Assembly: GCA_963726245.1 (NCBI GenBank)
Contig: CAVSBT010000040.1
Location: 1-15,626 of the forward strand
Length of the DNA: 15,626 nt
Source of the DNA: an uncultured Chloroflexia bacterium
GTDB lineage: Bacteria > Chloroflexota > Dehalococcoidia > DSTF01 > JALHUB01
Reading direction: 5' to 3'
Below the pieces are notes generated by a model. The model made no database searches. It worked only from the letters and a program-made list of their open reading frames with translations, and was not told the DNA's origin. The position numbers and the translations under genes were made by a program. Of this stretch, positions 1 through 7,315 are shown in pieces. Within the stretch, counting starts at the first letter, position 1; every line of letters starts with the position of its first letter.

Positions 1-508
1 ACTGGAAGTTGACCTCCACGAAGTACTCCTCCAGGGCGGGCAGGTTCAGCGGCCGCAGCCCCGTCTCCCGCTCGATGGTCTGGAGGGTGCGCTCCACCTC
101 GGCCTCATCGTCGGAGGAGACGACGAACCACATGTTGTAGTGGTGGTCGCGTTCGTAGTTGTGGGAGATGGTGGGCAGGCGGCTGACGAGGGCCGCCACC
201 TCGTCGAAGCGCTCCGGCGGCACGTGGAGGGCGGCCAGGGTGCGTTCGCCGCCCATCTGGCGGGCGTTGAGGATGGGCCCGAAGCGGCTGAGGGCGCCCG
301 CCTTCACCAGATGTCGCAGCCGGAACAGCACCTCTTCCTCGCTCATGCCCAGGGCCTCGCCCAGGGCGGCGAAGGGCCGCGAGACGACGGGGAACCCGCC
401 CTGCGCGTGGTTCAGCAGGATGCGGTCGCGGCGGTCGAGCTGGACGGGAGCACCGGTCGCGGGGCGAGGGCGGCGTCGCCGGGGGTCCGGGCTGCCAGCG
501 CGGGCCAT
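1..508 (-). CDS. ahbA: Siroheme decarboxylase alpha-subunit-like protein (AhbA/NirD family, Lrp/AsnC fold); 3' end runs off the window
   Basis: Not in the ORF track; translated by hand from ATG at 508: MARAGSPDP...QLDRRDRILLNHAQGGFPVVSRPFAALGEALGMSEEEVLFRL...SRFGPILN...TLAALHVPPERFDEVAALV...ISHNYERDHHYNMWFVV...LNLPALEEYFVEVNFQ. The FP-x3-PF, HNY-x-R-x3-YN-x-WF and LPA motifs are typical of AhbA/NirD. Starts 3 nt after the stop of the radical SAM gene. Confidence 0.88.
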   Translation of the reverse strand, partial: MARAGSPDPRRRRPRPATGAPVQLDRRDRILLNHAQGGFPVVSRPFAALGEALGMSEEEVLFRLRHLVKAGALSRFGPILNARQMGGERTLAALHVPPERFDEVAALVSRLPTISHNYERDHHYNMWFVVSSDDEAEVERTLQTIERETGLRPLNLPALEEYFVEVNFQ

Positions 509-511
509 GCC

Positions 512-1780
512 CTAGCTCCTGCCGCCGGAGGGGACGGAGGTCCCGGTCGAGGGCGAAGGCGCCATCTCTTTCCAGGCGGGCGGCGCGTAGATGCAGTAGG
601 GCTCCGTCTCCATGTAATCGCCGGTGACGGCGAAGGCGCGGGCGCGGGAGCCTCCGCACACGTCCCGGAAGTCGCAGACGCCGCAGCGGCCCTTCAGCTT
701 CGTGTAGTCGCGAAGCTCCCGGAAGAGGGGCGAGTGGCGGTAGATCTCGACGAAGCTCTGGCGGCGGACGCTGCCGGCGGGGATCTGGAGGAAGCCGCTG
801 GGGCAGACCTCGCCGATGTGGCTGATGAAGGCGAAGCCGTTGCCGTCGTTGACCCCCTTCATGGTGGACTGGCCCAACCCTCCGGCGAAGCTGTAGCCGG
901 CGCCGGTGAGGTGCATGCTGCCGCCGGGGCCGGCCGCTACCTTCTCGCCGCGGGCCGCCGCCTCCGCCATCTCCTGGCGCCGGCGCTGGATGACCACCCG
1001 TCGGTAGTGCTGGGCGGCGGTGGTGCGCACGTCGAAGGGGGCGGTCTTCGCCAGGTCGTACATCCAGTTGAAGACACGCTCATGCTCCTCGGGCGAGATC
1101 ATGTCCTCGGCGGTGCCGCGGCCGGTGGGCACCAGGAAGAAGAAGTTGAGCATCACGGCGCCGTAGCGGGCGGCAATCTCGGCGATGGCGTCCAGCTCAT
1201 GGAGGCTGTAGCGGCTGACCGTGGTGCCGATCTGGAGGGACATGCCCAGGTCTCGCAGGTCGTCCATGATCTCCAGGGTGCGCTGGAAGGAGCCGGGGCT
1301 CTGGCGGAAGGCGTCGTGGCTATCCTGGGTGGCGCCGTCCAGGCTGATGTGAGTGCGGGTGACGCCGGCGTCGCGGGCCTTGCGCAGCCGCTCGCGGGTG
1401 ACGAGGGCCGTGGCGCTGGGCGCGAGCGCTACCCGCAGGCCGCGGTCTTTGGCGGCGTAGCTGACGAAGTCGAAGATGTCGCGTCGCATCATGGGGTCGC
1501 CGCCGGTGAGTACCAGGATGGGCCCACCGATCTCGGCAATCTGGTCGATGAGGCGGAAGCCCTCCTCGGTGGTCAGCTCACGCGGGTCGCGCTTGGGCTG
1601 GGCCTCGGCGCGGCAGTGGACGCACCGGAGGGCGCAGGCGCGGGTTATCTCCCAGGCGACGGTGAAGGGGGTGAGGTTGAAGTCGACATCGGCGACGGGC
1701 GGCTTCGGCGTGGTGCCGCGGTCGGCCGCGTCGGAGTGGCGCATGGTGGATTCGGCGGGTCGCGTCGTTTGGTGAGTCAT
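512..1780 (-). CDS. Radical SAM/SPASM protein of the heme-biosynthesis NirJ/AhbC/AhbD-related group (resembles the TIGR04053 type)
   Basis: WEITRACALRCVHCRA contains the CxxxCxxC motif; LTGGDP motif; C-terminal SPASM-like CPSGFL...CGVCDFRDVCGGSRARA...EPYC. Directly upstream of the ahbA-like gene. The start could instead be the ATG at 1744. Confidence 0.85.
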   Translation of the reverse strand: MTHQTTRPAESTMRHSDAADRGTTPKPPVADVDFNLTPFTVAWEITRACALRCVHCRAEAQPKRDPRELTTEEGFRLIDQIAEIGGPILVLTGGDPMMRRDIFDFVSYAAKDRGLRVALAPSATALVTRERLRKARDAGVTRTHISLDGATQDSHDAFRQSPGSFQRTLEIMDDLRDLGMSLQIGTTVSRYSLHELDAIAEIAARYGAVMLNFFFLVPTGRGTAEDMISPEEHERVFNWMYDLAKTAPFDVRTTAAQHYRRVVIQRRRQEMAEAAARGEKVAAGPGGSMHLTGAGYSFAGGLGQSTMKGVNDGNGFAFISHIGEVCPSGFLQIPAGSVRRQSFVEIYRHSPLFRELRDYTKLKGRCGVCDFRDVCGGSRARAFAVTGDYMETEPYCIYAPPAWKEMAPSPSTGTSVPSGGRS

Positions 1781-1841
1781 TTCCTCTTAATTATCAGGGG
1801 CGTCAACGTCAGCAAGGCAAGCCGGAGGGGAGAGGGAACAC

Positions 1842-1868
1842 GGGAACTGGGAACTGGGAACTGGAACT
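1842..1868 (+). repeat. Short tandem repeat (GGGAACT)x3 plus GGAACT in the intergenic region
   Basis: GGGAACT at 1842, 1849 and 1856, and GGAACT at 1863, read directly from the sequence. Confidence 0.8.
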
Positions 1869-1935
1869 GGGGGAGGGGTCCTGTTTCGTGTTCCTGATTC
1901 CTGTTCCTGGGGTGGGGTTGGGGCGGTGGGGTCGC

Positions 1936-2025
1936 TGGTGCCGGGGGCGGGGCTCGAACCCGCATGTCCCTCTCGGGACGGCGGATTTTAAGTCCGCTGC
2001 GTATGCCAGATTTCGCCACCCCGGC
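1936..2025 (-). tRNA. trnL: tRNA-Leu(TAA)
   Basis: Reverse complement GCCGGGGTGGCGAAATCTGGCATACGCAGCGGACTTAAAATCCGCCGTCCCGAGAGGGACATGCGGGTTCGAGCCCCGCCCCCGGCACCA. Anticodon arm GCGGA-CT-TAA-AA-TCCGC, long variable arm, GTTCGA T-loop, encoded CCA, no intron. Confidence 0.97.
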
Positions 2026-2041
2026 ACTCAAACCCGCCGTC

Positions 2042-2064
2042 GTAGCGGAGGGCTTCAGCCCTCC
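2042..2064 (+). repeat. GTAG-type REP-like palindrome
   Basis: GTAG-C-GGAGGGC-TTCA-GCCCTCC: a GTAG tetramer followed by a perfect 7-bp hairpin. Only one copy in this window. Confidence 0.45.
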
Positions 2065-2121
2065 ACCGCGAGGCACCCCTCTGGAGGCCCTAGGGCCACA
2101 CCACCTGGCGGCCAACCCCAC

Positions 2122-2159
2122 AGAAAGAACGGGCTCAGAACCGGAGGCGGTCCTGAGCC
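2122..2159 (-). terminator. Putative intrinsic terminator or processing hairpin after tRNA-Cys
   Basis: On the minus strand: GGCTCAGGACCG-CCTC-CGGTTCTGAGCC (12-bp stem with one G-U pair) followed by CGTTCTTTCT. Confidence 0.5.
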
Positions 2160-2171
2160 GGTAAGGTCGGG

Positions 2172-2246
2172 TGGAGGCGACGGCCGGATTCGAACCGGCG
2201 ATAGGGGTTTTGCAGACCCCCGCCTTAACCACTTGGCCACGTCGCC
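2172..2246 (-). tRNA. trnC: tRNA-Cys(GCA)
   Basis: Reverse complement GGCGACGTGGCCAAGTGGTTAAGGCGGGGGTCTGCAAAACCCCTATCGCCGGTTCGAATCCGGCCGTCGCCTCCA. Anticodon loop CT-GCA-AA, U73 discriminator, encoded CCA. Confidence 0.97.
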
Positions 2247-2247
2247 C

Positions 2248-2292
2248 TGGAGCGGAAGACGAGGTTCGAACTCGCGACCCCCTCCTTGGCAA
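2248..2292 (-). mobile_element. 3' half of tRNA-Gly(GCC) only; probable att site (displaced tRNA fragment) marking one end of an integrated element
   Basis: Reverse complement TTGCCAAGGAGGGGGTCGCGAGTTCGAACCTCGTCTTCCGCTCCA gives the anticodon loop, 3' anticodon stem, T arm, 3' acceptor strand and CCA. tRNA similarity stops exactly at the 5' edge of the 7-nt loop: the CCTCC needed to pair with GGAGG is absent. I found no 5' half elsewhere in the window. Confidence 0.8.
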
Positions 2293-2417
2293 TTAGCCCC
2301 CACCGCTGCAGGCTGCTTCCGAACCTGGGAAGACGGCCCGGCCTGTGCAAGCTGCTGGCAATTAGGGGGTCACGAGCCTCGCCAATTAGGTGGTCGGCTC
2401 TAGCCCACTCCGATGCC

Positions 2418-2446
2418 ATCATAGCAAGCGAAGAACCGCCCCGCAA
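2418..2446 (-). promoter_or_regulatory. Sigma70-type promoter pointing toward the tRNA-Gly fragment and tRNA-Cys
   Basis: On the minus strand: TTGCGG (2446-2441), 17-nt spacer, TATGAT (2423-2418), with an extended -10 TGn (TGCTATGAT). Confidence 0.6.
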
Positions 2447-2549
2447 GCTGGGGCTGCTTCAGGACTGAGCGCCCGTAACGCTTGTAGAGGCCGTGGGGTC
2501 GCAAAACCCCATCCGTATCTGGAGCATTGACGCCCCTGAGGCATCTGGC

Positions 2550-2642
2550 CCAGCCTTGAGGCACCGTGTCGTTATAGGGATGCAACGCAACGAGCTCGGG
2601 TGGGTGACTTCTTGACCTGCCCAGAGACGGATGGAATATTGG
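2550..2642. repeat. Degenerate direct repeat, copy 1 (copy 2 at about 10060-10162)
   Basis: 2581-2615 vs 10090-10124 match at 29/35 nt without gaps. CCAGCnTTGAGGC occurs at 2550 and 10060, at nearly the same offset. Confidence 0.7.
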
Positions 2643-2686
2643 CGCCCCACAGGGGCTGTAGCGCCCCTGTAGGCAGAGCGCTTCCG

Positions 2687-3562
2687 CTAGACGAACCCCT
2701 TCTCGGCGAGGAAGGAGAGCAGGTGATCGGCCAACACCGCGGGCGGCCCTTCGACCCGCGGTGAGGCGGTGCCGCTGAGGCCCCCCAAGACGACCGCCTC
2801 CCAGCGCTCCATCCCCGACAGTTCGCTATCGGGGACGAACAGGCCCCGCATGTCCGGCTTCGGTGGGCCGACGTCCAGTACTTGTACGCACGAGCCCCTA
2901 TCTCCCACCTCCTCCGGCGATAGTCCCAGCCGTTCGCAGTCCCAGCGCTGAATGTGCGCCCCCTGGGCTCGGAAGCGCTGGCGCAGCTGCGGATAGCGGA
3001 GGCGATCCACGCCCGGCTCCAGCGCCAAGACGGCAGGAAGAGGGCAGCGAATGACGGCGCGATAGCCCCGCTCCAGCTTCTGCTGCACCAAGAGGTCAGA
3101 CGCGCTGTCGGACTGCTCGAGATGCACGACGCCCGAGACCGTCGGCACGCCCATCAGCTCGCCGAGCTGGAGGGGCGTCTGGCCGGTGGCGCCGTCTGTC
3201 GCCTGGCGACCGCAAAGCACGAGGTCAGCGCCTAGCTCCTGTACGGCCCGCGAGAGGACACGCGCGGTCGCCAGGGTGTCGCCACCCTCGAAGGCGCGAT
3301 CCTCAAGGAGCACGGCCTCGTCGGCGCCCGCGGACAGGCAGTCGCGCAGGAACGGCTCGCACTCGGGCGAGCCCAGGCTCAGGGCGGTGACCCGCGTCCC
3401 GGGCAGGCGATCCCTGATCCGCAATGCCTCCTCCAGGGCACCCTGGTCGGCCGCATTCAGGCAGTAGCTCCGAGGCTGGTCATGGGGGTCCACCCTGCCA
3501 GATCGAATAACGGGGGCCAGGGCCAGATCGACCACCCTTGTCACGCAGACCGCGATCTTCAC
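2687..3562 (-). CDS. etfB: Electron transfer flavoprotein beta subunit (EtfB/FixA family)
   Basis: MKIAVCV start, LNAADQGALEEAL, GADEAVLL, GGDTLATARVL, DLVLCGRQATDGATGQ, LRYP motifs. Confidence 0.93.
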   Translation of the reverse strand: MKIAVCVTRVVDLALAPVIRSGRVDPHDQPRSYCLNAADQGALEEALRIRDRLPGTRVTALSLGSPECEPFLRDCLSAGADEAVLLEDRAFEGGDTLATARVLSRAVQELGADLVLCGRQATDGATGQTPLQLGELMGVPTVSGVVHLEQSDSASDLLVQQKLERGYRAVIRCPLPAVLALEPGVDRLRYPQLRQRFRAQGAHIQRWDCERLGLSPEEVGDRGSCVQVLDVGPPKPDMRGLFVPDSELSGMERWEAVVLGGLSGTASPRVEGPPAVLADHLLSFLAEKGFV

Positions 3563-3572
3563 CGCCGCCCCC

Positions 3573-4613
3573 TCACAACTGGGTGAGCATGTCGAGGGCC
3601 TCGCCGGGCGGGGGAGCCTTCGCCCTGGTCTCCCGCAGGCGGTCCACCACCGGACGCAGCACTTCGTGCACGTCGCCGACGATGGCTAGGTCAGCCAGGT
3701 CGAAGATGGGAGCGGTGCGGTCCGTATTGATGGCCACGATAGTCTTGGCGTCCCGCATACCCACAGTGTGGTGCGACGCGCCGGAGATGCCGCAGGCGAC
3801 GTACAAGCTGGGCGCCACGGTGCGTCCCGACTGACCCACCTGTCGATCATGGGGCACCCAGCCGGCGTCCACGGCCACCCGCGAGGCAGCCACGGCGCCC
3901 CCGAGAAGCGATGCCAACTCCACCAGCAGCTCGAAGCCCTCCCGGCCGCCGACGCCGCGGCCGCCCGCCACGACAACGTCGGCCTCCGCCAGGTCCATCG
4001 TGCGGGCGTCGCCCTGGATTACCCCCTGGACCGTGAAGCGCGGAGCGACGGCGCTGCACGGGGCCTCCACCCGGATCACCTGCGGCTGCCGGCCAGCCGC
4101 GCTGCGACCGGCGGCCGAAGGACGGGGCGCAAGGGTGGCCATCTGGGGCCGCGCTTCCGGGCAGACCACGGTACAGGAGGCCCGCCCCCCGTAGGCGGCA
4201 CGCGACATGCGCAGGAGCCCGTCGGGGCCGACGTTCAGTCCGGTGCAGTCGGATGCGAGGCCCGTCCCCAGGCGCGCCGCCACTCGCGACGCCAGGTCGC
4301 GGGCGAGGGCCGTCGTGCCGCAGAGGACGACGCTCGGCTCGTGCCTGCGAACAAGGTCGGTCAGGACGGCAACGCGGGTGTCGGTGTCGTGAAGAGGCGC
4401 ACCGCCAGCAGAGGCCACGAAGATGCGGGCCGCCCCCTGGGAGCCCAGGGCCCGGACCAGCTCGTCGTCACAGTCCCCGAGGACGACGGCGGCCGCCTCC
4501 ATGCCGAGCTGGCCGGCCAGCCGGGCTGCCTCGGCCATCAGGGAGACGACCGCTTCGGAGGACCTCCCCGAATGACCTTCGGCAACCGCCCAGACGGCCC
4601 CCTGGATACCCAT
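3573..4613 (-). CDS. etfA: Electron transfer flavoprotein alpha subunit (EtfA/FixB family)
   Basis: DLAEADVVVAGGRGVG, VAASRVAVDAGW, QVGQSGRTVAP, ACGISGASHHTVGM, AINTDRTAPIF motifs. ATG at 4613 has GGAG 5 nt upstream. Confidence 0.93.
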   Translation of the reverse strand: MGIQGAVWAVAEGHSGRSSEAVVSLMAEAARLAGQLGMEAAAVVLGDCDDELVRALGSQGAARIFVASAGGAPLHDTDTRVAVLTDLVRRHEPSVVLCGTTALARDLASRVAARLGTGLASDCTGLNVGPDGLLRMSRAAYGGRASCTVVCPEARPQMATLAPRPSAAGRSAAGRQPQVIRVEAPCSAVAPRFTVQGVIQGDARTMDLAEADVVVAGGRGVGGREGFELLVELASLLGGAVAASRVAVDAGWVPHDRQVGQSGRTVAPSLYVACGISGASHHTVGMRDAKTIVAINTDRTAPIFDLADLAIVGDVHEVLRPVVDRLRETRAKAPPPGEALDMLTQL

Positions 4614-4694
4614 GACCACTCCGGCCCCGCGCGTACCTGGTCGGGGCCCGTCCCGTGTTCTCCGGACGGGGACAGGTAGCGATCGCGGCCCCTG

Positions 4695-6653
4695 CTAGAC
4701 CATCCTGCCCACGCGGAGTCCATCGAGTGCCGAATCCAGCATCTTGCGGGGCGCCACGCACTGGCCGGCCGAGTACAGCTCGCGGACCTTGCCCTTGAGC
4801 GCCCGGTAGAGGCCGTCGTCGGCAACGCTGCCCCGCGCCACCACCACTGTGTCAACCTCCTCGATGGTCCTTCGCTGGCGCCCGTAGACACTGGAGACCG
4901 TCACTGTGCTGCCTTGGACGGACCTAATGTCCACGGCCGGGGTCACGACCACTCCCTTCGCCTGGAGCCGCATCAGGACCAGGGTGAGGGTGATGGGCTC
5001 GGTGGGAAACCCCATAAAGGCCTCGGGGACAAGGACCTCCACCTGGCTGCCACGTTCGGCCAGGAACTCGGCTGTGGTGAGGCTCTCCATGCCCCTGTCG
5101 GTGGCCAGCACGATGACCTTCCTGCCAGCCTCGGCCGTTCCTGAGAGCACGTCGCGGGCCGTTACGACGTTGGCCTGGTCGGCTCCCGGAAACGTCGGCC
5201 TAGCCGGAAGCCCGCCCGTTGCCACGATGACGGCGTCGGGGTTGTTGGCCAGGACGGTGCTTTCGTCGACCGGCGAGCCCAGGTTCACGTTGACGCCCAG
5301 GATTCTGAACTGCGTCTCGTAGTAGCGCACCGGCTCCGCCATGTCCTGCCGGCCCGGGGCCTTGGCCGCAATCTGAAGCTGTCCTCCCAGCACTTGCTCC
5401 CTTTCGTAGAGAGAGACAGTGTGGCCGCGGAGGGCCGCCACGCGCGCCGCCTCCATGCCGGCAATGCCCCCACCGATGACCATGACCTTCTTCTTCACCG
5501 GCGCGGGGACTATCTCCATCTCCTTCTCCCGGCCGGCGCTGGGGTTGATGGCGCAGGTGATGGGCAGCGTGTGGTGGATGCGTCCCCAGCATCCCTCGTT
5601 ACAGCCGATGCAGTAGCGGATCTCGTCCAGGCGTCCCTCGCGGGCTTTGTTCGGTAGCTCCGGGTCACAGAGGTTGGCGCGGGTCATGCCCACCATGTCC
5701 GCCTGGTTGTTGGCCAGGATGCGCTCCGCCGCCACGGGGTCGTTGACACGGCCGACGCAGAACACCGGGACACCCGCCACTTCCTTGATCCCGGCGGCCA
5801 GGTAGACGAAGGCGCCAGGGGGCAGGTACATGGGCGGTATGGGAGCACCACCGGCCCCGACCGTCACGCTCACGTAGTCCACCTTGCCGGAGCCGGTTAG
5901 CTGCGGCACGATGCGCTTCATGTCCTCCAGACCCAGGCCTCCGTCTTGGTACTGGTCGCCGCTGATACGCAGGCCAAGCGTGAAGTCGGAGCCGACCGCC
6001 GCCCGCACGGCGTCGATGACCTCCCGCACGAAGCGAGTCCGGTTCTCTTCGCTGCCCCCGTACTCGTCCTGGCGGTGGTTGGTGCGGGGCGACATGAACT
6101 GCTCGATGAGAAAGCCGTGGGTGCCCATGATCTCAACGCCGTCCAGCCCCGCCTCCCGCATCCGTCGCGCCGCCTCGCCGAACGACTGTACCAGCTCCCT
6201 GATCTCTTCCGGTTCCACGGCGTGGGAGGTCTCGACGTGGAAGGAACCCGGCAGCGCCGAACAGGACCAGAGGGGCAGGCTGCCCTCCCGCGCCTCGTAG
6301 AAGATGCTGCCCGGGTGCCAGAGCTGGGCCACGATCTTCGCTCCGTGCTCGTGGACGGCCGCTGTGATGCGCCGGAAGGGATCGATGCACTCGTCTCGGT
6401 AGGCCTGGATGACGAAGTGATCGGTGGCCGCCGACGGGTGAACAGCCTGGTCCTCGGTGACGATGAGGCCGATGCCACCCTTCGCTTTCGACACCCAGTA
6501 GTTCAGGTGCCGCTCGGAGGGAAGACCCCGGTCGGCGAAGCCGGTAAGGTGGGCCGTGCTGACGATCCGGTTTCGGACAGTGAACGAGCCGATCTTGAGG
6601 GGAGTGAAGAGGTGCTCGAACTGCGCATCTGTCGCCCCCGCTTCAGTGGTCAT
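4695..6653 (-). CDS. NADH:flavin oxidoreductase with OYE barrel, [4Fe-4S] cluster and FAD/NAD domain (FadH/TMADH/DgcA-like)
   Basis: RNRIVSTAH...KAKGGIGL, HGFLIEQFMSPRTNHRQDEYGGSEENR, Fe-S motif CIGCNEGC-x12-C(AINP), Rossmann VIGGGIAGMEAA. ATG at 6653 has GAAGGAG upstream. Confidence 0.9.
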   Translation of the reverse strand: MTTEAGATDAQFEHLFTPLKIGSFTVRNRIVSTAHLTGFADRGLPSERHLNYWVSKAKGGIGLIVTEDQAVHPSAATDHFVIQAYRDECIDPFRRITAAVHEHGAKIVAQLWHPGSIFYEAREGSLPLWSCSALPGSFHVETSHAVEPEEIRELVQSFGEAARRMREAGLDGVEIMGTHGFLIEQFMSPRTNHRQDEYGGSEENRTRFVREVIDAVRAAVGSDFTLGLRISGDQYQDGGLGLEDMKRIVPQLTGSGKVDYVSVTVGAGGAPIPPMYLPPGAFVYLAAGIKEVAGVPVFCVGRVNDPVAAERILANNQADMVGMTRANLCDPELPNKAREGRLDEIRYCIGCNEGCWGRIHHTLPITCAINPSAGREKEMEIVPAPVKKKVMVIGGGIAGMEAARVAALRGHTVSLYEREQVLGGQLQIAAKAPGRQDMAEPVRYYETQFRILGVNVNLGSPVDESTVLANNPDAVIVATGGLPARPTFPGADQANVVTARDVLSGTAEAGRKVIVLATDRGMESLTTAEFLAERGSQVEVLVPEAFMGFPTEPITLTLVLMRLQAKGVVVTPAVDIRSVQGSTVTVSSVYGRQRRTIEEVDTVVVARGSVADDGLYRALKGKVRELYSAGQCVAPRKMLDSALDGLRVGRMV

Positions 6654-6716
6654 GATTCTGCTCCTTCGGAGATGCACACGAAGGGCGTCGTAACGAAGCG
6701 GTGATCCGCGGCGCGC

Positions 6717-7301
6717 TCAGTCGTCACGAGGGACAAGACGCGCCCCGCGATTCACGACGAGGTCCTCCATCGCCTTCTCCAGCGGCACGTCCAGTGCGAC
6801 GGCCACCGTGCTCGTGTACCGCATCAGCGCTACCGATGCCACGATCTCGACGATCTCGGCGTCAGTCCAACCCACGGCCCGAAGCTCGTCGACCATCTCG
6901 TCGGTGACCGCTGCCGGCCGCCGCCCCACGACGCGGGCGAAATTCGCGGCTGCGTTCTCCTTGTCCGAGAGCCGCGGCGAGGGTTTGCCGTCGATAATCT
7001 CCAGACACTCATCCGTGCTCCAGTGCTTGCCGCGCAGGGCAATCATGTGGGCGGCGGTGCAGTACTGACACTCGACCTCGCAGGCCGTCACGACGAAAAA
7101 CACGCGCTTCAGCTCTTCGCGGATGCTGCCCTCCCGGACGGTAGCCTGGCTCAGCGTCCACAAGGCGTCCGTAGTCTCGGGAAGGTAGGCCAGCCCCTTT
7201 TGGAGACCGGGGACCATCCGGTAGTAGCCCTCGACTCTATCGAACACCTCCTTGGCCCTGCCTGTGGCCTTGTCTGGATCCAACAATGCTACGCGAGCCA
7301 T
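6717..7301 (-). CDS. AhpD/carboxymuconolactone decarboxylase-family (peroxidase-like) protein
   Basis: E-L-x9-E-C-Q-Y-C-x3-H (CxxC...H) AhpD core, plus LSDKENAA...LRAVGWTDAEIVEIV. ATG at 7301 has GGAGG upstream, giving 194 aa. Confidence 0.85.
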   Translation of the reverse strand: MARVALLDPDKATGRAKEVFDRVEGYYRMVPGLQKGLAYLPETTDALWTLSQATVREGSIREELKRVFFVVTACEVECQYCTAAHMIALRGKHWSTDECLEIIDGKPSPRLSDKENAAANFARVVGRRPAAVTDEMVDELRAVGWTDAEIVEIVASVALMRYTSTVAVALDVPLEKAMEDLVVNRGARLVPRDD

Positions 7302-7315
7302 TGGTGCCTCCTTGG

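Noticed and set aside
140-1897. 585-aa plus-strand ORF, and other long antisense ORFs such as 3768-4679, 5946-6704, 8017-8856, 10702-11676 and 11701-12552
   Set aside because: These are shadow ORFs opposite well-supported genes in high-GC DNA, with no recognisable motifs.
1842-1910. CRISPR array
   Set aside because: The repeats are 6-7 nt and contiguous, with no spacers and no cas genes.
1777-2403. ORFs overlapping the tRNA cluster
   Set aside because: They are translations of tRNA and spacer sequence.
2647-2673. Hairpin after etfB as an intrinsic terminator
   Set aside because: The stem is real (ACAGGGGC/GCCCCTGT) but has no U-tract on the minus strand, so a function cannot be assigned.
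2293-2687. Group I intron interrupting tRNA-Gly, with GCGGAAG at 2687-2681 (minus strand) as the 5' exon start
   Set aside because: GCGGAAG is not followed by a D arm or the CCTCC anticodon-stem strand, and it overlaps the etfB stop codon. No U-ending 5' exon or omega-G junction that rebuilds the tRNA could be found.
6654-6719. TGA read-through fusing the AhpD-like gene to the in-frame flavoenzyme
   Set aside because: The frames do match with no intervening stop, but that has about a 1-in-3 chance. The flavoenzyme has its own GAAGGAG RBS, the TGA is not at a Cys-type motif, and I saw no CGGTC-type hairpin after it.
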